From an uncultured delta proteobacterium (GTDB taxonomy: Bacteria > Myxococcota_A > Polyangia > Polyangiales > Houyiibacteriaceae): a stretch of 64,000 bases of DNA. How positions within the stretch are numbered: the stretch's first letter is position 1; every line of letters starts with the position of its first letter. The position numbers and the translations under genes are program-made. Of the stretch, positions 56,519-64,000 are shown in pieces. Location: positions 413,104 to 477,103 of the forward strand of contig CAWFPD010000010.1 in the NCBI GenBank assembly GCA_963817725.1, given 5' to 3'. Below the pieces are notes generated by a model. That model did not search any database and was not told the origin of the DNA. It saw nothing but the letters and a program-made list of their open reading frames with translations.

Positions 56519-57358
56519 TCAGCCCAGATCGTCGTCGATGAACTTGAGCGTGAGCTCGTTGAAGAGCTTTGGATACTCCACCATGACCCAGTGGCCGCAA
56601 TTGGAGATCAACAGGGTACGAGAGCGTGCGCAGCGAGAGGCGATCTTCGATGCGCCGCTGACCGGACAGAACTTGTCGTCGACTCCCCAGAAGCAAAGCA
56701 CGGGGCATTGGATCTCCGACAATCGGTCTTCCTGATTGGTGACCTGGATTCGAGCGATGTTGTCTTTGTGTTGTGTCTTTGCGACCTGATAGCGCTCTTC
56801 GATGATCTCATCGGTGATCTTCGACTCGTCGTGCAGCTGGAGCGTGAAAACCCTACGCATGGTTTCCTTGCTGATTCCTTCCTTATAGAGGACGCGAATC
56901 ATCGTCTTGATGCCCTGCATGTCCATGTAAGTCTCGCGACTTTCGAGGCCTCCAGGAGCCATCAATACCAGCTTGTCGACGAGCGCAGGGTAGTTGAGAG
57001 CAAGGGCAATCGCGATGGCGCCACCTTGGGAGTTTCCAATGACGGTGACGCGCTCGATCCCGAGAACATCGAGCAAGGCCTTGTACTGCGCGGCCACCTG
57101 ATCGAGATCGAAGGTGCCTTCCTCTGGCTTCGAGGAGTAGCCGTACCCCATCGTGTCCGGGACGATGGTTCGATACCCGTGCTCAGCGAGGAACGGATAG
57201 TTGCCTTTGAAGTTGCTCCATCCGCTCGCTCCAGGGCCGCTTCCGTGAACGAACAAGACCGCGCCCTCGGGGCCCGGCCCCGAGTCGTGATAGTGCATGG
57301 AGATGCCCGCGCCGACATCGGCGTACTCTCCCTCCGGAACTGCATCCACAACCATCAC
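56519..57358 (-). CDS. Meta-cleavage-product (C-C bond) hydrolase, BphD/HsaD/MhpC-like alpha/beta hydrolase
   Basis: 279 aa with FVHGSGPGASGWSNF, the nucleophile GNSQGG and C-terminal GHWVMVE. It starts 2 nt after the dioxygenase stop. Confidence 0.8.
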   Translation of the reverse strand: MMVVDAVPEGEYADVGAGISMHYHDSGPGPEGAVLFVHGSGPGASGWSNFKGNYPFLAEHGYRTIVPDTMGYGYSSKPEEGTFDLDQVAAQYKALLDVLGIERVTVIGNSQGGAIAIALALNYPALVDKLVLMAPGGLESRETYMDMQGIKTMIRVLYKEGISKETMRRVFTLQLHDESKITDEIIEERYQVAKTQHKDNIARIQVTNQEDRLSEIQCPVLCFWGVDDKFCPVSGASKIASRCARSRTLLISNCGHWVMVEYPKLFNELTLKFIDDDLG

Positions 57359-57359
57359 T

Positions 57360-58265
57360 TCACTCCTTGGCGCGCCGATACGCCTTGGTGAGCAATTGCG
57401 GCGGGTGGTGACCCCATTCGCTCACCTTCCGGTGCGTCGTGGTCTCCCAGGTGCCGTCGTCGATCTCGATCGCGTCCGAGCCGAACTCGAAGTGAAATCC
57501 GGAGGGCGTATAGCCATAAAAAGAGAACATCTTGTCGTTGGGATGACGACCGAGCGTTTGATGCACCATGCCGCCGCCAAAGAGAAAGCGATCGTAGCAC
57601 CTGCCGACCTCGTCCATCGACTTCGCCTGCACCATGAAATGGTGGATGCGTTTGTGCTGGCCTTTGGCAAACGCGAGGGAATGGTGTCGAGGGTTGGCGT
57701 GCATGAAGGTGACGTCGATGTCGTGGCCGAAGTACTCGCACCGGATGTAGTCGCTGAGCCTGAGGCCGAGCATCGTCGAATAGAAAACCTCGTGCTCGTG
57801 TTGGTCGCGCGATAGAAGCACGACGTGTCCGAGGCCCCGCTCGTCGGCGACGAATCCCGATGGCACGACCTGCGAAACGAAGGGCTCTTCGGCCATGGCC
57901 GGACCGTAATACACTTCGTTCGGATTTCCTGCGGGATCCTCGAAGCGAATCAGGCCTTCCACGTTTCGCCGGGACGCCTGGTCGGCGCTGCCGTCGGTCA
58001 CCCGGTGACCTGCAGCCGTCAGACGCTGCTTGATGTCCGCCAGGGCGGCCGGCCCCTCGACCTCCCAACCCACCGCTCCGAGGTCGTCTGCGGGCCCGTG
58101 CTCGAGGAAGAAGCGCTGACGATGACCGTCCATGCGCAACGAAAAACCCTCGTCTGCGCGGCGATCGACGACCTGGAGGCCGAGAACCTTCGCGGCAAAG
58201 GTCTCCCACGCTCCGAGATCGCTGACCTCGAATACCAGATATCCGAGCTGCTTCACCGCACTCAT
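57360..58265 (-). CDS. Type I extradiol ring-cleavage dioxygenase, BphC/HsaC-like (two VOC domains)
   Basis: The start is taken at MSAVKQLGYLVFEVSDL. The metal-ligand contexts are LGHVVL, FMHANPRHHSLAF and GRHPNDKMFSFYGYTPSGFHFEFG. Confidence 0.82.
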   Translation of the reverse strand: MSAVKQLGYLVFEVSDLGAWETFAAKVLGLQVVDRRADEGFSLRMDGHRQRFFLEHGPADDLGAVGWEVEGPAALADIKQRLTAAGHRVTDGSADQASRRNVEGLIRFEDPAGNPNEVYYGPAMAEEPFVSQVVPSGFVADERGLGHVVLLSRDQHEHEVFYSTMLGLRLSDYIRCEYFGHDIDVTFMHANPRHHSLAFAKGQHKRIHHFMVQAKSMDEVGRCYDRFLFGGGMVHQTLGRHPNDKMFSFYGYTPSGFHFEFGSDAIEIDDGTWETTTHRKVSEWGHHPPQLLTKAYRRAKE

Positions 58266-58324
58266 TTGCTTAGCCTCGGCGCGCATCATAGTACGGAGCC
58301 GCCATCTGGCTATGGAGAAACTCG

Positions 58325-59026
58325 ATGGAATCGAAAACGAGGTCTGCTGGTCCCACGGTCCCCACGGTCGCCGTGATCGGCTTGGTGGTAATCGGCGGCA
58401 CGCTGTTCCACATCTGGCTGCATCACCGCGTCCATGGAACGTACAACGTCACGCAAATAGGCCTGGCGTTCTTCTTGGTGATCAACGTGCTCGTCAACTG
58501 GTGGGAGATCGCATTGCTGGTCTGCCAAGACCAGATTCGTGCGGAATACGAGGCGTTCAAAGAACCCTATTGCGGACGCGAGCTCGAATGTGTGGGCAAA
58601 GTATTCATGAGGCCGATTCCGGTGCTGAAGGTCTTGTCGTTCCGGCAATGGACCACCGTTTGGTCGAGCTATTCGCTATTCGATCCGGGCTACTCCGACC
58701 GTCGCTCATTCGGCTACAACATCGACGTTGGAAACGGGTTTACGACCATCATTCCTTCGGTTTTTTTCGTTTTCGGAATGACCTACGAGCTCGTGCCCGC
58801 GCGCATCCTCGGCATCGTTGGTGTCGTCATCTTTTGGCAGATGTTTTACGGAACGGCGCTCTACTTCTTTCAGTTCTTTCATAACGGGCGACACAAGGGG
58901 CACTCCGTCCGCGACTTGATCCTGTTCGTTGGAATCACCAACCTGACCTGGCTGATCTTCCCCATGTGGGGAATGACGACGAGCGTGCAATTGATCCTCG
59001 ACGGATCCTACGGCCTGCTCCGCTGA
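58325..59026 (+). CDS. EBP/EXPERA-like four-TM membrane protein (sterol Delta8-Delta7 isomerase-like)
   Basis: 233 aa. A by-eye alignment to human EBP gives W-x2-Y-x3-D-x2-Y (VWSSYSLFDPGY vs LWKEYAKGDSRY), QMFYGTALYFFQFFH vs QIYGDVLYFLTEH, and NLTWLIFP vs NALWLVLP. Confidence 0.5.
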   Translation: MESKTRSAGPTVPTVAVIGLVVIGGTLFHIWLHHRVHGTYNVTQIGLAFFLVINVLVNWWEIALLVCQDQIRAEYEAFKEPYCGRELECVGKVFMRPIPVLKVLSFRQWTTVWSSYSLFDPGYSDRRSFGYNIDVGNGFTTIIPSVFFVFGMTYELVPARILGIVGVVIFWQMFYGTALYFFQFFHNGRHKGHSVRDLILFVGITNLTWLIFPMWGMTTSVQLILDGSYGLLR

Positions 59027-60459
59027 GCGCTCGTGCCCGCGTTCGAGATCGGCCGATCGTCGGCTACGGCAGAAGGCTGAATGATCTTGTGCGCCCCCGC
59101 TCGCAACATCATTCGCTGCATCTGGTTGAAATCGGCAATGGCGTCCGGATTGTCGCGAGGCAGCGGATAAGGTGCGCCGATCGCGTGGGCTGCAACCAGG
59201 CCGGACATGAACGATAGATCGTGACCGCCCTCGGGCGTGGTGAAGGTCCCGCAGTAGTACATTCCGCGCTTCCCTTGGAGGAACCGCATCATCGACATGA
59301 TGAGTAGGTTGCGAAGCGACATCGTGTGTGTGGGGTGTGGAAGATCGATGCGCTTTTGGACCGCTCCAAGGTCCTTGTCGGAATTGAAGGTCACCAGCAT
59401 GGGAATGCCTTTGTCCTTCGTGCTCGGATTTTGGGCGGAGATCACGAACGTACATTCGAGCGAACCGGCGTCGGTGATCTCCGAATACGTGTTGAACTCG
59501 GAGAGAATTCTCTCGCGATGTGATTCGGGAAGGATGCTGGTGTCGGAATGAATCACGAATTTAGAGAAAGTCGGATCGACGTCATCGACATACTGCGCCC
59601 CACCGAGAAGTAGTCGCTGCAGCCAGCTCGGAGACTCGATTGAGCTCAACGCGGAGTCCGCGTCACAGGCAAAGACCACTTCATCGACCTCGTACGATCG
59701 ACTTTTCTTGTCTTCCACCACGAATCGACCGCCACGTTCCCGCACCCGGGTCACCTCGTGGTCGGTATGCACGTGATCCGAGAATGCGGCGGTCATCCGA
59801 TCGAAAACCTGACGGGGCGCACCGTCCCAAGTGCCCATTTGGGTTGGCTCCTCGAGCGGGACGATGCTCTCGAGTAGAGGAAGAATGACCGCAGGCACGC
59901 CGCGCATCGACGTCGTGATGAAGCTGGCGCAGTGAATCGGAACGAAGATGGTGTCCCAAAACTCACTGGAGATTCCGAAGACGCGCGCCAGCCAATAGAG
60001 AGGGATGAAGTTGAGCGGATTGAAATACGAGAAGTGATAGAGCGAATCGTGCCGATTCTTCCGCAGGAACAGACCGTTTACCCTGGTGACGAAGCGCACC
60101 AGCTTTTTCCATCGTCGAAACTGAACAGCGAAACGCCGGTGGAGCGCGGTTTGGCCGTCTTGACAGAAATGGCCATTGGGTGTCTGGACGAAGTAAGAGA
60201 TCGGGAGCGTCTCGATGCCCACCCCGAGCTCTTGCAAGAGCCGCTCGTAGTTGTGGTAGTACATCTGCGGCCAGGCCACGACGAGGAGCGGGGACTCCGC
60301 GTACCCGCCACCTTCCAAAGGCCAACGAAACGTCTTGGCGTTTCCTCCGAGTGCCGGTCCCTTTTCGAAGAGCTCGACTTCGTATCCCGCGCGGTGCAGC
60401 GACCACGCCGCTCCGACTCCGGCGATGCCGCCCCCGATGATTCCTATTGTTCGCGTCAT
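59008..60459 (-). CDS. NAD(P)/FAD-binding oxidoreductase (amine-oxidase/phytoene-desaturase superfamily, COG2907-like)
   Basis: 483 aa with the N-terminal dinucleotide fold IGIIGGGIAGVGAAWSLHRAGYEVELFEKGPALGGNA. It is the last gene of the CYP51 operon. Confidence 0.7.
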   Translation of the reverse strand: MTRTIGIIGGGIAGVGAAWSLHRAGYEVELFEKGPALGGNAKTFRWPLEGGGYAESPLLVVAWPQMYYHNYERLLQELGVGIETLPISYFVQTPNGHFCQDGQTALHRRFAVQFRRWKKLVRFVTRVNGLFLRKNRHDSLYHFSYFNPLNFIPLYWLARVFGISSEFWDTIFVPIHCASFITTSMRGVPAVILPLLESIVPLEEPTQMGTWDGAPRQVFDRMTAAFSDHVHTDHEVTRVRERGGRFVVEDKKSRSYEVDEVVFACDADSALSSIESPSWLQRLLLGGAQYVDDVDPTFSKFVIHSDTSILPESHRERILSEFNTYSEITDAGSLECTFVISAQNPSTKDKGIPMLVTFNSDKDLGAVQKRIDLPHPTHTMSLRNLLIMSMMRFLQGKRGMYYCGTFTTPEGGHDLSFMSGLVAAHAIGAPYPLPRDNPDAIADFNQMQRMMLRAGAHKIIQPSAVADDRPISNAGTSAQRSRP

Positions 60460-60480
60460 GTCCGTTCCGGGACTGGTGCT

Positions 60481-61740
60481 CTACCCGCGTCTCGGCCGCA
60501 GGTCGACGATCGGTCCGTGCCGCAGGGTATGGCAGGCGCCTTTGTAAATGCCAAGGGATTCGTAGACCGCCGCCGTCATCATCACGGTACGCGTTTGCCC
60601 CGTGACCGACGCTGGAAATCCGCTGTGAACGAAGGCAAACGAAAGCTCGAACTCTGGGTTCGCCCAGCCACCCGCGCCTCCCAGGCCGAAGTGTCCGAAG
60701 GCATTGGGCACGTCCATCAAGAACGCATCCGCGCGGTGGTATCCGAGCTTCCAATGAAGTGGGTACCCGATCACCCTGTCGGCACGCTTCGTTTGGACCA
60801 CCGCCGCCTCACCGATGATCCGCTGCGAAACCAATCGAATACCGTCGATCTCCCCGCCTACGGAAAGTGCCGCGTACATCTTGGCGAGCGAACGCGCTGT
60901 CGCTACCCCGTTCATCGCTGGCAAGCAAGCCTTCCAAAAGGCCGGATGTGTGAAAAGCTCCTTCGCGTAACGAGGGGTCAAACCGCGGCGGCAGAGCGAT
61001 CGGAGCTTCGGTGCACGAACCCAAAAAGGTACTTGGTAGTCGGTGGTGAGCGGGGCTGGGTTCCGTCTTTGCAGAGGAGGAAGCCCTATGAAATCGGGAA
61101 TTCTATCCATCTGTGATTCGGCATTGCCGATGTAGAGGCCGTCGAGCTTCAGCGGCAGTGCGATGCGTTGCTTCACGAACTCCGGAACCGTCTGTCCCGA
61201 AATGCGGCGGACGAGCTCGCCAACCATCCAACCGAAGGTCATGGCCTGATACGCATTGGCCGTGCCCGGAGTGAAGTCGGGCTTGGCTCTCTCTAGACGG
61301 GAAACGATGAGGTCCCAATCCAAGATGTCCGTGAGCTCATGGACGAGGTGGATGAGCTTGTGGAGCCCTGCCTGATGCGACAACAGCTGCCGAACGGTGA
61401 TCTGCTCTTTGCCATTGCAACCGAACTCCGGCCAGTACCGCGCAACGGGCGCATCGTAGGCGATGAGACCAGCGGTCGCGAGCATGTGGATTGCCGTCGA
61501 GATGATCCCTTTGGTACCGGAGTAGCAGATCGACATGGTGTCTCGCTTCCAGGGCGACCCGTCTTTGCGAGCCGAACCTCCCCAGATGTCCACCACGGGC
61601 TTTCCTTGGAGGAATACGGTTGCGGCAGCCCCACCCCCGTAGTGAACGATCTGCTTGCGCATGAGCTTTGCGACCGGCTCGAATCGCGGCTCGTACGTTC
61701 CTTTGATTGCGATGTCGTGATCAGTCACCTGCCCCTCCAT
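60481..61740 (-). CDS. Beta-lactamase-fold serine hydrolase (EstB/class C-like)
   Basis: 419 aa with S-x-x-K in ICYSGTKGIISTAIHML, followed by LLSHQAGLH. It is a paralog of the 19230-20531 gene. Its start overlaps the upstream stop (TAATG). Confidence 0.8.
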   Translation of the reverse strand: MEGQVTDHDIAIKGTYEPRFEPVAKLMRKQIVHYGGGAAATVFLQGKPVVDIWGGSARKDGSPWKRDTMSICYSGTKGIISTAIHMLATAGLIAYDAPVARYWPEFGCNGKEQITVRQLLSHQAGLHKLIHLVHELTDILDWDLIVSRLERAKPDFTPGTANAYQAMTFGWMVGELVRRISGQTVPEFVKQRIALPLKLDGLYIGNAESQMDRIPDFIGLPPLQRRNPAPLTTDYQVPFWVRAPKLRSLCRRGLTPRYAKELFTHPAFWKACLPAMNGVATARSLAKMYAALSVGGEIDGIRLVSQRIIGEAAVVQTKRADRVIGYPLHWKLGYHRADAFLMDVPNAFGHFGLGGAGGWANPEFELSFAFVHSGFPASVTGQTRTVMMTAAVYESLGIYKGACHTLRHGPIVDLRPRRG

Positions 61741-62561
61741 TAGCCTGGTGAGATCGGCCCGAATATTCGGGCGGCGAAGTCCATCAAGAACAGCATGATC
61801 ATGCTCGCAGACAAAGCCGCGGCCATCGTCGTCTTCAGGCTCCAGTCGGTATCGCGTCCTTCGTCCAGCCAGTAGAAGATGGGGAAGCTTGCAACGAAGT
61901 AGAGCGAATAGAAGAAGGAGCCGTAGGACAGCATTCGCTCCATGTCTCTATAGTAGAACTGACTCTCGATCCAAGGATTGGCCATCGCCCTGGTTTCCAT
62001 CCAAGCCCAAAAATACGCGACCGCTAGAAGCAGTACCGGCCAAACGAGGTTTCCCACGGGAAGCCTCGACGTCCGGATCCTCCTCAGAACGACCACCGCC
62101 GTCGTGTGATAGGTCATGAAGTATGCCTGGGTGAGCAGGTACATCACAATCGGCACTCGTTGCTGTCCTGATCCGACCAAGGTCGCGTCCAGGTTGAAAT
62201 CGATCATCGGGTAGTCGTAAACCATTCCGAGGATGTCGAAGAAGTACTCCGAGCCGAAGTAGTTCGCGGCCACGTTGAAAATCGCAATGTAGAGATTGGC
62301 CTTGAGCCAGTACGTCTGATACCAGGGTCGGCCGAGCGGCGTTTCGTCACGGATGAGAGCGGGCACGACGACCAGAGGAAGGGCCACTGCGAGGCCGATG
62401 GTAATGAAACCCCATTCGCCAATGCGATCGGTGATGCCCATCCCCATCACCAGCGCCATGATCCCCATCCAAATCGGCGAATAGACGAGGAAGAACTTCT
62501 CCCCCCAGGCCTTGCTCGAATTCGCCGAGAACCAACGGGGGCCATCAGCGGATGTCGTCAC
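61740..62561 (-). CDS. Cycloeucalenol cycloisomerase (plant CPI1)-like membrane protein
   Basis: 273 aa with a GTG start 12 nt after the CYP51 stop. It is a polytopic protein. The blocks KAWGEKFFLVYSPIW, YWLKANLYIAIFNVAANYFGSEYFF and SLYFVASFPIFYWLDE match my recollection of the CPI family. That similarity is unverified. Confidence 0.55.
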   Translation of the reverse strand: MTTSADGPRWFSANSSKAWGEKFFLVYSPIWMGIMALVMGMGITDRIGEWGFITIGLAVALPLVVVPALIRDETPLGRPWYQTYWLKANLYIAIFNVAANYFGSEYFFDILGMVYDYPMIDFNLDATLVGSGQQRVPIVMYLLTQAYFMTYHTTAVVVLRRIRTSRLPVGNLVWPVLLLAVAYFWAWMETRAMANPWIESQFYYRDMERMLSYGSFFYSLYFVASFPIFYWLDEGRDTDWSLKTTMAAALSASMIMLFLMDFAARIFGPISPG

Positions 62562-62573
62562 GAGGCGTTCATT

Positions 62574-63953
62574 CTACGGGATTCTCCTGCGGTACCTGAT
62601 CCGAATGGGGGGCTTGGGTCCGAGGACCAAACCCTGAAAGTCGGTTTCGATCGGATCGCCGACCAACTCGAAGTCATAGCGATTCAGCAGAGCCGCGATG
62701 ATCGTCTTGATCTGCAAGATGGCAAAGGCGTTACCCATGCACTTGTGCCGCCCACCTCCAAAGGAAATGTACGCGAACGGACGCTTGTCTTCTTCACGCC
62801 CGGGGCCATACCGATCCGGGTCGTATTCGAGCGCGTTCTTGAATACCTCGTCGTCGCGATGCGCCACCATGGGCGAGACGGCGACCCAGTTGCCCTTTTT
62901 GACCTGGTAGCCGAGGATCAGGCAGTCCTCGAGGACGGCTCGCAGCAGAATGAAGAGCGGCGGATGAATGCGGAGCGCCTCCTTGACTGCGCTTTCCGTC
63001 TTCTCCAGATCCCGAAGCGACTGAAAAGTGTAGCTCTCCTCGTCTGCGTAACGTGCACGGATCTCGTTTCGGACCTCCTCTAGGCACCGAGGATGACGCA
63101 ACAGCTCGATCAACGTCCAGGCCGTGGTGACGGAGCTCGTGTGATGGCCGGCGAACATGGCTGCGACGAGCATTCCCGTGATCTCGTGGTCGCTGAGCTT
63201 GCTACCATCCGAGTACTCCGCGTCCATCAAGGTCTGAAGGAAGTCTTCTCCTCGATAGCCCGACCGCTTCCGCTTTTCGACGATCTCGGAGACCATTTGC
63301 CCCAGGCGCTTGCGAGCTCGGTCACGGCGCCGGAACGCCGGGATGGGCAAGTAGGGATGAATGTAGCCCCATGCCACGATGCCGCGTTCCAGGTCGTAGT
63401 AGACCTTGGCAAACTCCTCGCTCATCTCATTGCGAAACTCTTTGCCGAGCAGGCAGCTGCTCGAGGTGAAGTTCGTGAGCATGCCGAAGAATGCCGAGGC
63501 CTCGATCTCGCCTTCCTCCCCCCAGTCGGCGATGATGTCTGCTGTCTCCCGCGCTACAATTTCGGTGTAGGTCCGCATGCGGTTGTTGCGAAGCGCTGGA
63601 TAGAGCATGTGCATTTGCTCGGCCATACGAGCAGGCTCGGCCCCGTAGGCGACCCCTTCACCGAATACCGGCACCATCATCTTGTAGGCCGCGTTTGGAC
63701 TGAGGACCTCGTCGGGCAGCCTGAAAAGCGCCTCGTGCGCCGCGGGCCCCGAGAAGAGGATCATGTCCTTACCAAACAGTTTGAATCTCCCGACGTGGCC
63801 GCACTCGTCGTAGGTCCGCTGTAGCAAACCGGTCGTGTCCTTCACGAAGGCGAGTGTGTGACCGATCAACGGCAGCCCGCCTTTGAGCCTCGGCGGCCTC
63901 TTGGCCTTGCCCGCAGTGATGGGGGTGGTCGTGGTTCGTGCTGGTGCCGTCAC
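62574..63953 (-). CDS. cyp51: Sterol 14alpha-demethylase, cytochrome P450 family 51
   Basis: 459 aa with a GTG start and GGAG upstream. By eye it is colinear with M. tuberculosis CYP51. Matches include the B' region VPVFGEGVAYGA, then WGEEGEIEASAFF…TSSSCLLGKEFR, YLPIPAFRRRDRAR, the CYP51 I-helix signature MFAGHHTSS, and the heme loop FGGGRHKCMGNAFA. Confidence 0.9.
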   Translation of the reverse strand: MTAPARTTTTPITAGKAKRPPRLKGGLPLIGHTLAFVKDTTGLLQRTYDECGHVGRFKLFGKDMILFSGPAAHEALFRLPDEVLSPNAAYKMMVPVFGEGVAYGAEPARMAEQMHMLYPALRNNRMRTYTEIVARETADIIADWGEEGEIEASAFFGMLTNFTSSSCLLGKEFRNEMSEEFAKVYYDLERGIVAWGYIHPYLPIPAFRRRDRARKRLGQMVSEIVEKRKRSGYRGEDFLQTLMDAEYSDGSKLSDHEITGMLVAAMFAGHHTSSVTTAWTLIELLRHPRCLEEVRNEIRARYADEESYTFQSLRDLEKTESAVKEALRIHPPLFILLRAVLEDCLILGYQVKKGNWVAVSPMVAHRDDEVFKNALEYDPDRYGPGREEDKRPFAYISFGGGRHKCMGNAFAILQIKTIIAALLNRYDFELVGDPIETDFQGLVLGPKPPIRIRYRRRIP

Positions 63954-64000
63954 TTTCTACTCCTGAACAGGCTGCGCTTGATTTGTTCTTCGATTTGTTC

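Overview
This is a high-GC, almost gap-free bacterial chromosomal window. By gene content it looks Myxococcota-like: Gly-rich lipoprotein linkers and eukaryote-type sterol genes. That taxonomic call is an inference, not a database result.

Left end (2-6581): a tightly packed purE-purK-dabB-dabA-cysD string. A DAB/MpsAB-type inorganic-carbon pump sits directly behind the bicarbonate-using PurK.

6.6-11.1 kb, minus strand: an rRNA operon with its own promoter/UP element and two boxA elements. It reads tRNA-Ile(GAU), tRNA-Ala(UGC), 23S, 5S and has no 16S gene. Its spacers carry three copies of a hairpin module.

11-64 kb: the most interesting part is a concentration of steroid/sterol-type genes, many with closest resemblance to eukaryotic enzymes.
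- An animal-SCPx-like thiolase lies next to a TetR-controlled CoA-ester operon.
- There is a P450 / beta-lactamase-fold hydrolase / P450 / ferredoxin operon.
- There is a cytosolic-SULT-like sulfotransferase and a second, Stf-type sulfotransferase.
- One operon encodes a TetR, a tail-anchored FAD/2Fe-2S reductase, an MSMO1(ERG25)-like oxygenase and an NSDHL(ERG26)-like 3beta-HSD.
- A BphC/HsaC-like extradiol dioxygenase is paired with a BphD/HsaD-like hydrolase.
- An EBP-like membrane protein is present.
- One operon encodes CYP51, a cycloeucalenol-cycloisomerase-like protein, a serine hydrolase and an FAD oxidoreductase.

Interspersed housekeeping and envelope genes:
- a MscS channel and KefG/KefC;
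- an L,D-transpeptidase and an M23 peptidase;
- a TagA-type glycosyltransferase;
- a pgsB-pgsC poly-gamma-glutamate locus that lacks pgsA;
- several secreted lipoproteins of unknown function.

I recognised no transposases, integrases, phage genes, CRISPR arrays or known defence systems. All function calls come from by-eye motif recognition, and no searches were run.
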